Source: an uncultured Chthonomonadaceae bacterium (GTDB lineage: Bacteria > Armatimonadota > Chthonomonadetes > Chthonomonadales > Chthonomonadaceae). Taken from it: a stretch of 64,000 nt of DNA. The stretch is taken from positions 32,001 through 96,000 of the forward strand of contig CAWFQB010000009.1 in NCBI GenBank assembly GCA_963817895.1, read 5' to 3'. Every line of letters begins with the position of its first letter. Position 1 is the stretch's first letter. Both the position numbers and the translations under genes were made by a program. Positions 1 through 10,905 of this stretch are shown here, one piece after another. Under the pieces are notes generated by a model. The model worked only from the letters and a program-made list of their open reading frames with translations, was not told the DNA's origin and did not search any database.

Positions 1-546
1 CCGCAGCCGTTGTACCATGTGCAGGTGCAGGATGCGTGGGGCGGCGATTTCTGGTTGCATCTGGAAGTCAACGGTGAGGCGACGCTGAAGCAGTTAGATC
101 GGTATTTGCGCGCTATCTGGCTGGAGTGCTGCGGGCATTTGAGCGCGTTTTATCTGGATCGCGAGTACGGCGCGGAAGCCGCTATGACGCGAAAAGTCGA
201 ACAGGTCTTCAAGTCCAGCGAGCAGTTATTTCACATTTACGATTTCGGCACGTCTTCAAAAACCATCGTAAAGGTGCTTGGGACGCGGCACGGAAAACCC
301 CTGACGCGCCACCCGATTGCGCTCATGGCGCGGAACAGCCTGCCGGAGTATACGTGCATGACGTGCGGCGAACCGGCAACCTATATCTGCCTGCAATGCC
401 TTAATGAAGACGACACGACGGGCGAACTGTGCGATGTCCATGTCGAAGACCATCCGCATAGCGATTATGGCGACCCGATGCCGCTGGTAAACTCGCCCCG
501 TTCCGGTGTATGCGGCTATGAGGGTCCCGCTGAACCGCCGTATTAA
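1..546 (+). CDS. pRiA4b ORF-3-like (TnpR-like) protein with Cys-rich C-terminus, probably 5' truncated by the window edge
   Basis: Motifs ATLKQLDRYLRAIWLECCGHLSAF, HIYDFG and VNSPRSGVCGY; the frame is open to position 1. Confidence 0.7.
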   Translation, partial: PQPLYHVQVQDAWGGDFWLHLEVNGEATLKQLDRYLRAIWLECCGHLSAFYLDREYGAEAAMTRKVEQVFKSSEQLFHIYDFGTSSKTIVKVLGTRHGKPLTRHPIALMARNSLPEYTCMTCGEPATYICLQCLNEDDTTGELCDVHVEDHPHSDYGDPMPLVNSPRSGVCGYEGPAEPPY

Positions 547-724
547 CGGCGGAGGGGCGGCAATGGAAAACATCTTCATCACAGCGCCGGTTCTCATCAA
601 TGTTCAATGAATGTTGCCCGATCCTTGCAGAAGAGGTCGAATTGAGCATGTTGCTGTTCCTATCTGCCGGGCAAAGAGCAGGGTGCCTGTCTCAGAAACA
701 GGCGCCCTGACGCTGTGAAGGGTA

Positions 725-823
725 GTTGATGGCCGATAGTGGCGTGTGACCTTCTTGCTGTTCGGGCAAACACGGGGGTTTGCCCCTACGCCGGTTGATG
801 GCCGATAGTGGTGGCGTGTGACC
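725..823. repeat. GTAG-type REP palindrome (764-789) flanked by ~27-30 bp direct repeats
   Basis: gggcaaacacgggggtttgcccctac lies between gttgatggccgatagtggcgtgtgacc (725-751) and gttgatggccgatagtggtggcgtgtgacc (794-823). Confidence 0.75.
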
Positions 824-829
824 GGCTGC

Positions 830-2269
830 TTATGGTTTGAGCGAGGCGGTGTTGCGCGAAGTGTTGGAACCCGTGTACGAGACGCGCCATACGGTTCCGC
901 TCGCATCGTCCGTGACGAGCAACGCGCCGTCTTTTGCCACTGCCACGCCCACCGGACGGCCCCATACATTGCCATCAGGCGTAACGAAGCCGGTCAAAAA
1001 GTCCTCGTACTCGCCCGTCGCTTTGCCGTTCTTCATGGGGACGCGGATCACTTTGTACCCTGTGCGGCGGGCGCGGTTCCACGAACCGTGTTCACTGGCG
1101 AACGCATCCAGCGCGTACTCTTTCGGGAACTGCTTGCCCGTGTAAAACGCCATTTGCAGCGACGCGGAATGGGACTGTAGCAGCACGTCAGGCGTAATCA
1201 CTTTGCTTTTCAGATCGGGATGGTTCCCTTTAGCCCGCGTGTCTTCAGTGCCGCCCATGTAGTACCAGGGCCAGCCATAAAAGCCGCCCTCTTCGACATG
1301 CGTGATGTAGTCGGGAACCAGATGGTCGCCCAGACCGTCACGCTCATTCACGCTGCACCAGAGTTGCCCGGTTGTGGGATGAATGGCAAGCCCGACCGCG
1401 TTGCGAATGCCCGCCGCGTAGATTTTCTCGTTTTTGCCGTCTGCCGTGTATTCCAGAATGTCCGCGCGGCGCTCATCCTGATCCGTGTCGCTCTCGTGCG
1501 CGTTGGAAACGCTGCCGACGGATACGAACAATCGTTTGCCGTCTTTGGAAAAGCGGACGTCGCGAGTCCAGTGTCCGCCGCCGCGCAGCCTGCCGCCGCC
1601 CGGAATGTCATTGACAATGGTTTCCATCGCCCCGCGCGCCTGCGTGTCGCCGTTCAGGTAAGGGATACGAACCACGCTTTCCGTATTGCCGATAACCACG
1701 TACTGCGGGTCCGGTCCGGCAGGGTAAAACGTCAGGCCGAACGGCTTGGACAATCCCGTTACAAAAGTAAACACCTGCGGCTTGCCGCCGTCTGAGGTGG
1801 GACGCAGGATTTTCACGCGCTCCGGCCCGCTTTCCACGACAAACACGTCGCCATTGGGCGCGGTCTGAATGTAGCGCGGATTGTTCAGCCCGCTGACGTA
1901 CTCCTCTACCTTGAACCCGGCGGGAACTTTGGGCATCGCGCCTTCGGGACGGCCCACGATGCGCGGGCCGTTGTCAACCGAGGGGGTCGCGTACTGCGGC
2001 GGCAGGTCAGCAAGCGTCAGGTGACGGCGCACTCCCGGCGCGTCCGTCGTCCAATCGCCTAATGCCTGCTGTCCCGTCAGAACGCCGCCGGGCGCAGGTT
2101 TGGCGAGGCTTACATTCGCGGTAAGAGGTTTATGGTTAGCTTGCGGCGTCTGCTGCGTCCGGGCGCAGGCCGCAAGGCCGAGAATGGAAACCGGAGCCAG
2201 CAGCAGGCCGGCAAAACGCAGTTGTTTCGATGTAAGGAGCGGTAATGCGGCTCCCTTTAGTTTGCTCAT
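830..2269 (-). CDS. PQQ-dependent sugar dehydrogenase / L-sorbosone dehydrogenase family, probable lipoprotein
   Basis: Motifs GIRNAVGL, VNERDGLGDHLVPDY, HGSWNR, GRPVGVAVAKDGALLVTDD; lipobox-like LAAC; start chosen at MSKLKG. Confidence 0.88.
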   Translation of the reverse strand: MSKLKGAALPLLTSKQLRFAGLLLAPVSILGLAACARTQQTPQANHKPLTANVSLAKPAPGGVLTGQQALGDWTTDAPGVRRHLTLADLPPQYATPSVDNGPRIVGRPEGAMPKVPAGFKVEEYVSGLNNPRYIQTAPNGDVFVVESGPERVKILRPTSDGGKPQVFTFVTGLSKPFGLTFYPAGPDPQYVVIGNTESVVRIPYLNGDTQARGAMETIVNDIPGGGRLRGGGHWTRDVRFSKDGKRLFVSVGSVSNAHESDTDQDERRADILEYTADGKNEKIYAAGIRNAVGLAIHPTTGQLWCSVNERDGLGDHLVPDYITHVEEGGFYGWPWYYMGGTEDTRAKGNHPDLKSKVITPDVLLQSHSASLQMAFYTGKQFPKEYALDAFASEHGSWNRARRTGYKVIRVPMKNGKATGEYEDFLTGFVTPDGNVWGRPVGVAVAKDGALLVTDDASGTVWRVSYTGSNTSRNTASLKP

Positions 2270-2866
2270 AAAACAGGTTCCTTGCTTTGATGTCAGAACG
2301 TGATCGGATGGCGCAGGCTTGCCGCGCCATCCGCTTCTCTGAATGTTTACGCCCGAAAGCGCGTAAACACTGCAAGAAGAGACAGAATATTGCAATTTGG
2401 AGCCTAATATAGAGGGACAGCCGTAGTCCGCCCGTTGCCGGTATATCGAAAGCGGTACAAGGGCTGCTCTCTCAGCAATCACACGTATCAGAGCCTATCC
2501 CATTAGGCCGGGTACAGAGAACGTACCCGTCTGAGTGGCCTGCGGCCAAGCGTCCTTCGGACGCAAATGCAATCGCCTATTGGGATAGGCTCTAAGCCAT
2601 GCCTGACCACGATTTGCAAATCCTGTTTGCGCGGCCTGTTCCCGCCCCTGCTCTAACCCTTGCGAAAACGGTTCCACCGTTGCGGGAGTGTGGCGAACAG
2701 CTTGTATCTATTTCCAATGGTGGCGCTTCGATTACGGCAATCGCCTGTGGGCGCGGCAAACCGGCCTGACGCCGATTTATGGCGCGATAGAACCTTTTCT
2801 TCTAAAGAATCGGGTATGACATATTGTAGCATTTAGAGAATGCGCGGAAACAGAAGGAATGTCATT

Positions 2867-4181
2867 ATGGATGCCGCTATGAAATCCCGGCTTGAATCCG
2901 CAGGTTTTCATGCAACTACAGTTCAGGAACTTTTCGGCCTGACACCAGAGGAAAACGATTTGATAGAAACTCGGCTGGCAACAAATGAAGCGGCATCAAC
3001 GGCCTGTGTACGGCTGCGCGGGGCAATTACAAGCGCGAGCGCGGGACTGGTGGAGCGCGAGGCGCTGGTGGAAACCGTGATTCTGGCGGCGGTGGCGGGC
3101 GAACATCTGCTGGTTATCGGGCCGCCGGGAACCGCCAAGAGCGAGGCCGTCCGGCGCATCGCGCGGGCGCTCGGCGGGCACTACTTTGAATACCTGCTCG
3201 GACGCTTTACGGAACCCAATGAGGTGTTCGGGCCGGTGGATTTGCGGCGACTGCGCGAAGGCGTGGTGGAAACGCAAACGGCAGGCATGCTGCCCGAAGC
3301 CGACATCGCGTTTCTGGACGAGATTTTCCTCGGCTCAACCGCCATTCTGAACACGCTTCTCGGCCTGCTCAACGAGCGCGTGTTCCGGCGCGGGCATACG
3401 CGGCTGGCGTGTCCTCTGCGTATCTGCGTGGGCGCGTCCAACCGCCTGCCCGAAGACGAGATGCTGGCCGCGTTTGCCGACCGCTTTCTGGCGCGCGTGT
3501 ATCTCGATGCCATTCCCGACCCGCGCCTTGAGGAACTGCTGGAGGGCGGCTGGCAATTGTCCGGCGGGCAACAGGCCGAAGTGGGGACGGATGCCTCAAA
3601 CCCGCAATGGCAACGCCCATTGCGCCACGCTTGCCGATGTGGACGCGCTTGCCCGGATCGCGCTGGCTATGGACATGGCGCTGGTGCGTCCGCTTCTGGC
3701 GCAGGCGATCCGCCGATTGCGGCAGGCGGGCATTACGCTGTCCGACCGCCGCGCCGTTAAAATGCAAAAGCTGATTGCCGCCGCCGCCGCGCTGGATGGG
3801 CGAACCACGCCTGCGCCGGGGGATTTATGGCCGCTGATTCTGGCCGTGCCGACGCAGGAGCAGCAGGCATTGGCGCGCGAAATTCTGCGCGACCTGCTGG
3901 AACCGACGGCAAACGCCACCCTGCGCATGGCGGCGGAGGAAGCCTCGGCAGGCCCGCTTGCCCGCGCCGCCCGCCTTGCCCACGCCGGTCAAGCATTGCT
4001 GTCCAACCCGCCTGCGACAAACGCCCCGGCGGAAGAAGCGGAAGCATGGAAATTGCGTCTGGAAGGCATTGCCCGCGAAATTGATGCCGGGTTTACCCTC
4101 GAATCGATGCCTCAGGCTTTGGCCGAAGTTCGCGCGCGCATTGTAAAGGCATTGGAAGTGGAGAGTGGAGAGCAGCAATAG
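2867..4181 (+). CDS. MoxR/RavA-family AAA+ ATPase, frameshifted near 3600-3620
   Basis: Walker A GPPGTAKS, LLGRFTEPNEVFGP, Walker B FLDEIF, AFADRF; the C-terminal half (LSDRRAVK) continues in the 3474..4181 frame. Confidence 0.88.
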
Positions 4182-4225
4182 CCCCTTTCCTGGGACTCCG
4201 TCAAGGTAGAAGAGTAGAGTACGTT

Positions 4226-4349
4226 GTAGGGGTTCTGCTTGCTGAACCCTCCTCAACATTGGTTGAACCCTCCTCAATATTAGTTGAACCCTCCTCAGAC
4301 AGAGGGCGCAGCAAGCAATTGCAGAGGGCGCAGCAAGCAGCGCCCCTAC
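4226..4349. repeat. Inverted pair of GTAG REPs (REPIN/BIME-like) with internal tandem repeats
   Basis: gtaggggttctgcttgctgaaccc ... gggcgcagcaagcagcgcccctac; three tgaaccctcctca units and two cagagggcgcagcaagca units. Confidence 0.8.
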
Positions 4350-4437
4350 TGACTGTTCTACTTTGACGATGTACTGGCGCGTTGCGCGGCAAGGAGAGGG
4401 ATATGTCCACAAGTGGACGCCCGGTGAGGTTTTTAGC

Positions 4438-4888
4438 ATGAATAGTGAGAGCGGAACCAACGGCAGAATTGAAGTTATCTGGAATCCGCGCCCGGAACCT
4501 TTGACGCCATGCGGGGTTGCCGTTCGAGATGAGGCGGCGCGGGTTCTGGCGCGGCGACTGTTGACGCGCGGGCCGGAAGAATTGTCGCGCTTGCAGGGCG
4601 TTCATGCGCCCGGTCTGCTGGTGGTGATGGGAGAGGAGCAAGAGTTGCCCTGGGTGGATGGCAGCGTGTATCTGGGACGCGAACCGGGCGCGAACCGGCT
4701 GCTGATACCGACCACGCTGGCCTGCTCCGTGTCCCTGCCCCTGCTGGAACGCGCCTTGTGCCGACAGGTGGAAGCGTTTCAACTTGCCGCTTGCCCTTCT
4801 GCCCGCGTGGAACCGGATTATCAGTCTGGGCGCGGCGCGCGCTATCGCGCCCGAAACCCTGACCCGCTGGCTGGAGGAGAACCGCTGA
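4438..4888 (+). CDS. bpX5-like component of a MoxR-vWA-beta-propeller ternary system, frameshifted near 4780
   Basis: WNPRPEPLTP...LPWVDGSVYLGREP...LLIPT; the shifted frame ends TLTRWLEENR-TGA, overlapping the next ATG (TGATG at 4886-4890). Confidence 0.7.
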
Positions 4889-6818
4889 TGGAACTGCCCC
4901 GCGCCCTGATGCCCTGGGCGGAATGGCTCGATCTGTTTCCCGCGGAACTGATTGCCCCGATTGGCGAGTTAATACGCCGCCTTGATATGGCAATCGGCCC
5001 GTTGCACGCGAAGGGACAGCCGGGACAGGACGAACCCAACGGCTTTGACGGTATTGCGCGGCGGGGCGATTACGACCGCCTGCTGCTGTCGGAATGGCTG
5101 CTGGCGGACGAAGCGCCCGATGAGTTTCTGCGCCGCGCCACTATGAACGAACACGTTTTTCTGGAACCCGCCCGGATTGCGCCTGCGGGCGCGCGCTGCT
5201 CGGTTGCGCTGTTCGACGCGGGGCCAAACCAACTCGGCGCGCCCCGACTGGCGCACCTCGCCGCGCTGATCGTTCTGGCGCGGCGGGCGCAGGCCATCGG
5301 CGCGCAGTTTCATGGGGCATGCTGCAGGCGGAAGAGAGAAACCTGCGCCCGGAAGTGACGCGGGGCAGTCTATCCCATCTGCTCAAAGCCCGCAGCCTGC
5401 GCGAAGCGCGCGACGAAGACGTTGCCGCATGGCGCGTTCAGGCCAACTTCGCTTGTGGGAGTGGAAGACTGCTGGCTGATCGGCGGAAGCGGCTGCAAGG
5501 CTTGCCCGCGCCGCAGGGCGCGCGCCTGCTGCAAATATCCGACCCGCTCGATCCCGAATCGCAATTCCTTCATATTCGGATAATGCAAACCTCGTCGGCA
5601 AGCAGACAACCTCAATCAGGTAGACCAACTCTGCATATTCAGGACTCCCCTTCTCCCAGGTTTTTTGGGAGAAGGGGCTGGGGGTTGAGGGTAACATACG
5701 ACTGCCCCTGCCTTCCGGCGATATTTGCGCCCGCCTGCTGCGCGAGCCGTTTCATACGAAATCGCGTGGCGGAAATGCGCAAGGTGAAAATGGCAGAAAG
5801 CCGATCTCCAATCTGGTTTATATCAGCGAAAACCGCATCGTCGCCCGCACCGCCCCGGATCAGATCGTCGTGTTTTTTCCGCCCGGACACGCCGACCGGC
5901 AATCTCGCGAAACCGAAACTATACTCTTCCCCCTTGCCCGGAAACGCGCTGGCGGTGGGCAAAGTCGGCAAGGGCGTCGCGCTGATGACAACGACCGAAG
6001 AGGCTGACCAACTGCGTATCGTCCGGGTCGGGGCGCAAAACGGCAAGGCGCTGACGGGAACCTTCGCGTGGCCGTTTCCGCAAATTTCACCGATGGATGC
6101 CCACGACGCGTTGGCAACCGCCTACTACAAGCAGGACGCGACCGGAATGGGCTGCTGGAACATGACGCTCAACCATGTACAAATACAGGTGAGCGCGGGC
6201 AGCGAACCCGACACGCTGACGGCGCGTGTCGTAACTCCCAACAGGGCTTTCGCGCCGGTTTTACACGGCAATTTTCTGGTCGGCCCGGAAATGACAGGTA
6301 TTCGCATGGGGCTACAGGCGCAGCCGGCGTATGTTCCGGGCATATCAGGCGGGGATAAGGGTACGAGTATATACGGAGAGTTTCCCACCGCGCAAACGGC
6401 GCATTACGGGTTCGGCGGGCCGCTGTCGCATCCCGTTTATGGTTTATGGGCGCTGGAAATCACGCCGGGAGAATGGAAAATACTCCATCAGGATGAGAAC
6501 GGCAAGGAGGCGCAAACCGACGTATTCCTACAACAAGGGGGGAGCGTGGTCGGCGTTGTGGCCGTACCCGGAATTGAGGCGAGTGGATGCGGCCCCTCGC
6601 AGTATGCGTCCGCGCTGGTTGTGCTGGATATAACGGGCCGTATTCTGGGTCTACAGGGAAAAGGCTGGCAGCGTTGGGAACCGCCTGCCGCCGCGCCCAT
6701 CGCGCAAATTACGGCCAGCCCCTTTGAGCCGAATGTGGCGTATGTGACCCAACACGGCGAAGTGGTCGTTTACAGCCTGACGCGACGAACCGCCCTGTAT
6801 CGGCTGGACACGGAATAA
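4888..6818 (+). CDS. vWA-like / beta-propeller component of the ternary system, several frameshifts
   Basis: MELPRALMPW, GFDGIARRGDYDRLLLSEWLLADEAPDEFLRRA, ALFDAGPNQLGAPRLAHLAALIVLARRA; beta-rich C-terminus. Confidence 0.7.
5645..5691. repeat. CCCTCTCCC/GGGAGAGGG-type palindromic repeat inside a CDS
   Basis: ctccccttctcccaggttttttgggagaaggggctgggggttgaggg; a related copy lies at 6832-6880. Confidence 0.65.
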
Positions 6819-6831
6819 TGCGCATAAAAAG

Positions 6832-6880
6832 CCCCTCTCCTGGCGAGGAACGAGCGGCCAGGAGAGGGGTTGGGGTGAGG
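6832..6880. repeat. CCCTCTCC-type palindromic intergenic repeat
   Basis: cccctctcctggcgaggaacgagcggccaggagaggggttggggtgagg. Confidence 0.7.
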
Positions 6881-6881
6881 T

Positions 6882-9800
6882 ATGGAAACCGCGAACCACG
6901 CGAAACAAACGAAAAGAGCAGCAAAAACCACAAAGGCGGGGGTTCGTCCCCGCGAACTGGCGCATCGCGGCGTGGTGGACGCGGCGGGCTTGTTGTTTTC
7001 GCTGTCCACGACGGACGAAATGGAAGCGAAGCGGCGAATACTCCGTTTGTGGGTGGCGGGCGCGACAGTCCTGCGTATCTCAGACAGCCGGAACGCGGCG
7101 CGCGCGGAAACATTGCTGTTGAAATTGCCGAAACCGCTGCGCGTGAGTTGCTCATGTTCGCCCGGTATGCCGCTTGTCCCGCAGCATGGATTGCTTACGG
7201 CGCTGCCCCTGTCGGAAGGGGAAGCAGCGCGGCTGAACGCGCTTTCCAACTCGGTTGTCGTTGCGCAAGGCGGTACTGCAAGCGTGTTAGCCGTTGAAAA
7301 TGCCACTGTAGAAGACCCTGCTGACTGGCTGGACACCTCTGCATGGGAATGGACGCGGGCAGATTCGCTCGGCCTGCCTCCCCTTCCCATCCGCGACATT
7401 GCGGCAACATCGGAGTTTGACGCCCGCGCCCGGCTGGCGAAAGTGACGGGAGAAGACCCCGCGCGCCGGAGCGCAATCGAAGCCCTGCGACAGGCAATGC
7501 AGGGCAAGCGTGGCGGCAATGGCGAAAACACAACCGGCGCAGGGCAGAGCGGAACAAAGGGCAGTGGTATTGGAGCAGGCGGCGCGTCACCCCTCGGAAG
7601 TTTGCTGAACCGCCTGTTCGGGCAGAAGGGCGGCGCGTTGGGGTTGGGACCGGCGGCGGAAGAGCAAGGCCGAAACAGCCTGCTGGACGCGGCCAATCGG
7701 CTGGCGGCGCGATTCGCGATGCTGACCGGGCTTTCCAAACTCATTGGTCGCCATCAGGCCGAGTATATGAGACGCATGATGGACATGTTTGAGCGCGGCG
7801 ATTTCGAGCAGGCATTGCGTCACGCCATCGGCTTCAGCGATCTGGAAGGAACGGATGCGCCGCCCGCCCTGCGAACCCCAACCCCACGCGCCGACCTGAC
7901 GATTTCGCCGCAGTCCACGCCCGCAAGCGGGAGCATTGGCCTGCCGACCGAATGGACGGAGCATCTGCGCAAACTGTACCGGCAGGCGTTCGAGCGATTG
8001 GAAGGGGCGGGGCGCATTGAAGAGGCCGCGTTCGTGCTGGCGGAACTGCTGTCCGCGCATGAGGAGGCCGTCGGCTTTCTGGAAAAGCACAAATTGTTCA
8101 AACTGGCGGCGGAAATCGCCGAAGCGCGGAACCTGCCGCCCGGATTGGTCGTGCGGCAATGGTTTCTGGCTGGGGAAACCGCAAGGGCGGTACACATTGC
8201 GCGGCGAACAGGCGCGTTTGCCGATGCCGTTCTGCGATTGGAACGCAGCGATGATAAAAGGAGCGCGGCGCAATTACGCTGGCTGTGGGCGCAGTCGCTT
8301 GCCGAAGCCGGGAGCTATTATCAGGCGTTCGGAGTGGTCAAGCCCGCGCTCGATAATCTCCGGCAGCAAGCGGGGCGATGGGCGGAGATTCTGGAATGGC
8401 TGGACAAATCCGCCGCTCTGGGCGGCACGGTTGGCGCGGAAGCCCTCGCCTGTCAGTTCTGCCTGTTGACGGGCATGGACTACAACGCGCCTGACCCTGT
8501 TCGCGAACAAGCCCTGACATTGCTGGAAAGTGAGGACGAAGAAAACGCCCCGGCGCGGGTCGCCTTTGCCCGTGAACTGACGAACGGCGCGAACCTGCCC
8601 GCGATACAAACGCTGGCCCGCGCCGCCGTTCGCGCCTGCCTGCGAGATGTGGGCCTGGATTTCAACGCCAATCTGAACGCGGCGGATTACGCGCGTCTGC
8701 TGCAATTCGCGGACGATGCCGCGCTGCGGGCGGACGCGCCGCCCCTGCCCAAACCCACGCCTGCGCCTGCCACCCTTGCGCCGGTCGGGTTCCAATTTCC
8801 GGTTGAGGCGGCGGGTACGCTATCCATAACCGATGCCGCGTTTTTGCCCGATGGCCGGTGTCTTGCCGCGCTTGGCGAAATGGGGGTTCGGCTGCTCACG
8901 CGGGACGGGCGAACGGTCAGGCATTGGGACACGCCCGCGCATCAACTGGCCGTGTCGGATGCCGGGAACCGCGTTCTGGTTCTGTCCCGGCGCGGCGATT
9001 TGTGGCGGATTGCCCGACTGGATTTGACCACGCGCAAGTTAGAGGAATGGGGCGGGGCAAAGCTGGACACATTCGCCCCGGATTACGACGGCAGTTTGTG
9101 GTTTGTCGCTATGGACAAAGACTTTCTCGCGCTGGACGCCACTGCGGAAACTCCTGCCGCGTTATGGCGATTGCCCAATCTGGAGGGTAGAATCAGAGCC
9201 ATCGCCCGTTCGCCCCAACAGTGTTCGTTTCTGCTGTTTGCGGCGGGCGCGACGGATGAATGGGGCAAACCGGTTCCGCTGTGGACGCGGCTGGAAAAGT
9301 GGACGCACTCCCTGCCCGATTTGATGCTGCGCGAACGCGCCGAAGTAAAGCAGTTACCGGAACCGCCGCGCAGGGCAATGAATATGGGAGCGAAAGGGAA
9401 GAGTGTTTCGGCAGGAGCGCAGGCGAGTCCGCCCGCGCAACCCGGCGACTCGTTCCAGCAGAGCATTGCCGCCGGGGGCGACGTGTATCAATGGCAGGTG
9501 GAGGAGGTGGAAACACTGTCGGGCGATCCATCCGCGCCGCCTGCGTCCGCGAACAATAGCGCATGGCTCACCACCCTGCTGCGACCCTCTTTGCCCAACA
9601 GCGCGTCCGCGCCCACAACGTTTTACAGCGAACAGGTCATGGGCGATTACGCGATTCCCCTGCCGCCCCTTGCCGGGGAAAAGTGGCTGTGGGTCGCCAT
9701 TCGCCTGCCGGACGGCATCGAAGGCCGCCTGCTCACGCGCCCGCAGGGAGTGTTGAAAGCGAAATTTCAACTGCGCGATTCTTCTCAGGCCAGCGCCCGC

Positions 9801-9899
9801 TTCACGCCCACCCATTTAACGGTTGCCGATGACAAAGGCCGTCTGCTCGTACTCGAACTGGACACGCTCAAACTTGTTCGCGATTTACGTTTGTCGTAA
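6882..9899 (+). CDS. bpX6-like protein with a helical middle region and C-terminal beta-propeller
   Basis: VRPRELAHRGVVDAAGLLF...RRILRLW, YMRRMMDMFERGDFEQALRHAI, GRIEEAAFVLAELL, DAAFLPDGRCLAALGEMGVRLL. Confidence 0.78.
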   Translation: METANHAKQTKRAAKTTKAGVRPRELAHRGVVDAAGLLFSLSTTDEMEAKRRILRLWVAGATVLRISDSRNAARAETLLLKLPKPLRVSCSCSPGMPLVPQHGLLTALPLSEGEAARLNALSNSVVVAQGGTASVLAVENATVEDPADWLDTSAWEWTRADSLGLPPLPIRDIAATSEFDARARLAKVTGEDPARRSAIEALRQAMQGKRGGNGENTTGAGQSGTKGSGIGAGGASPLGSLLNRLFGQKGGALGLGPAAEEQGRNSLLDAANRLAARFAMLTGLSKLIGRHQAEYMRRMMDMFERGDFEQALRHAIGFSDLEGTDAPPALRTPTPRADLTISPQSTPASGSIGLPTEWTEHLRKLYRQAFERLEGAGRIEEAAFVLAELLSAHEEAVGFLEKHKLFKLAAEIAEARNLPPGLVVRQWFLAGETARAVHIARRTGAFADAVLRLERSDDKRSAAQLRWLWAQSLAEAGSYYQAFGVVKPALDNLRQQAGRWAEILEWLDKSAALGGTVGAEALACQFCLLTGMDYNAPDPVREQALTLLESEDEENAPARVAFARELTNGANLPAIQTLARAAVRACLRDVGLDFNANLNAADYARLLQFADDAALRADAPPLPKPTPAPATLAPVGFQFPVEAAGTLSITDAAFLPDGRCLAALGEMGVRLLTRDGRTVRHWDTPAHQLAVSDAGNRVLVLSRRGDLWRIARLDLTTRKLEEWGGAKLDTFAPDYDGSLWFVAMDKDFLALDATAETPAALWRLPNLEGRIRAIARSPQQCSFLLFAAGATDEWGKPVPLWTRLEKWTHSLPDLMLRERAEVKQLPEPPRRAMNMGAKGKSVSAGAQASPPAQPGDSFQQSIAAGGDVYQWQVEEVETLSGDPSAPPASANNSAWLTTLLRPSLPNSASAPTTFYSEQVMGDYAIPLPPLAGEKWLWVAIRLPDGIEGRLLTRPQGVLKAKFQLRDSSQASARFTPTHLTVADDKGRLLVLELDTLKLVRDLRLS

Positions 9900-9947
9900 G
9901 CGGCTCAACCTGAAATAAAGTAATAAAAACGGAGGCTAAAACCAACA

Positions 9948-10778
9948 ATGACGGAAACAACGCTCGATACGCCAAACCAACCGGCCCGTTCCGCAAAGGA
10001 GCAGTTCGACCGGCAGGCGGCGCACTACAACGCGCAATGGAATACATGGACGGAAACCACGCTCAACTGGCTGCTTTCTCATGCCGATTGCCGACTGGAG
10101 GATACGGCTCTGGATGTGGCGACGGGAACCGGATTTACCGCGCTCGCGTTCGCGCCCCATGTCGAATCCGTCGTCGGGCTGGATGTGTCTACGGGCATGC
10201 TGCAACAGGCGCAGATTCATCAGCAGGAGCGGGGCCTTGCCAATATTACGTGGCAGGAGGGCGCGGCGGAAAACCTGCCGTTTCCAGATGGGGCGTTTTC
10301 ACTGGTAACGTGCCGCGTCGCGCCCCACCATTTTCTCTCCATTGCGCAGTTTCTCTCGGAAGTGAAGCGCGTCCTGAAACCGGGCGGGCAATTCCTGCTG
10401 GCGGATACGTGCGTCCCGAACCTCGACGCGGAAGGCAGTGAAAACAACGCCGAAGCGGGCGCGTGGCAAAACCGTGTGGAAGCCCTGCGCGACCCGTCCC
10501 ATGTTCGCAATCTGTCCCCGCAGGAGTGGAAACGGGCTATTGAAACCGCCGGACTGACAGTTGCGGAACTGGAAGGGCCGGTAAGCGACATCGCCATTAC
10601 GCTCAACGACTGGATTGAAAAAGGCGGCGGCGGACCGGAACAGGCCGCCACTGTGCGTCGAGCGTTTGACGAGGCTTCCCCCGCTGTCAAAGAGACTTTT
10701 CACGTCCGCGCCCTGCCGGATGGGGATACCGCGTTTGTATGGCAGCGCGTCGTGGTCAAGGCTGTTAAAAACTCCTGA
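9948..10778 (+). CDS. Class I SAM-dependent methyltransferase
   Basis: LDVATGTG, AENLPFPDGAF, RVLKPGG, LRDPSH; SD ggagg upstream. Confidence 0.92.
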   Translation: MTETTLDTPNQPARSAKEQFDRQAAHYNAQWNTWTETTLNWLLSHADCRLEDTALDVATGTGFTALAFAPHVESVVGLDVSTGMLQQAQIHQQERGLANITWQEGAAENLPFPDGAFSLVTCRVAPHHFLSIAQFLSEVKRVLKPGGQFLLADTCVPNLDAEGSENNAEAGAWQNRVEALRDPSHVRNLSPQEWKRAIETAGLTVAELEGPVSDIAITLNDWIEKGGGGPEQAATVRRAFDEASPAVKETFHVRALPDGDTAFVWQRVVVKAVKNS

Positions 10779-10905
10779 AAGTCAAATATTGGCGCTATTG
10801 TGTCGCCATTTGACTTTCAGTGTGTTATCATAATTGCGCAGGCCACGCCGCCTGCTTTTCTTTTCCACGCACTTTTCCCGCGGGCTTTTAAGGAGTTCCT
10901 ACAAC

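Noticed and set aside
4363..5358. Apparent bpX5-vWA fusion ORF
   Set aside because: An artefact of a frameshift near 4780. The alternative frame ends in TGA overlapping the vWA ATG (TGATG), which indicates two genes.
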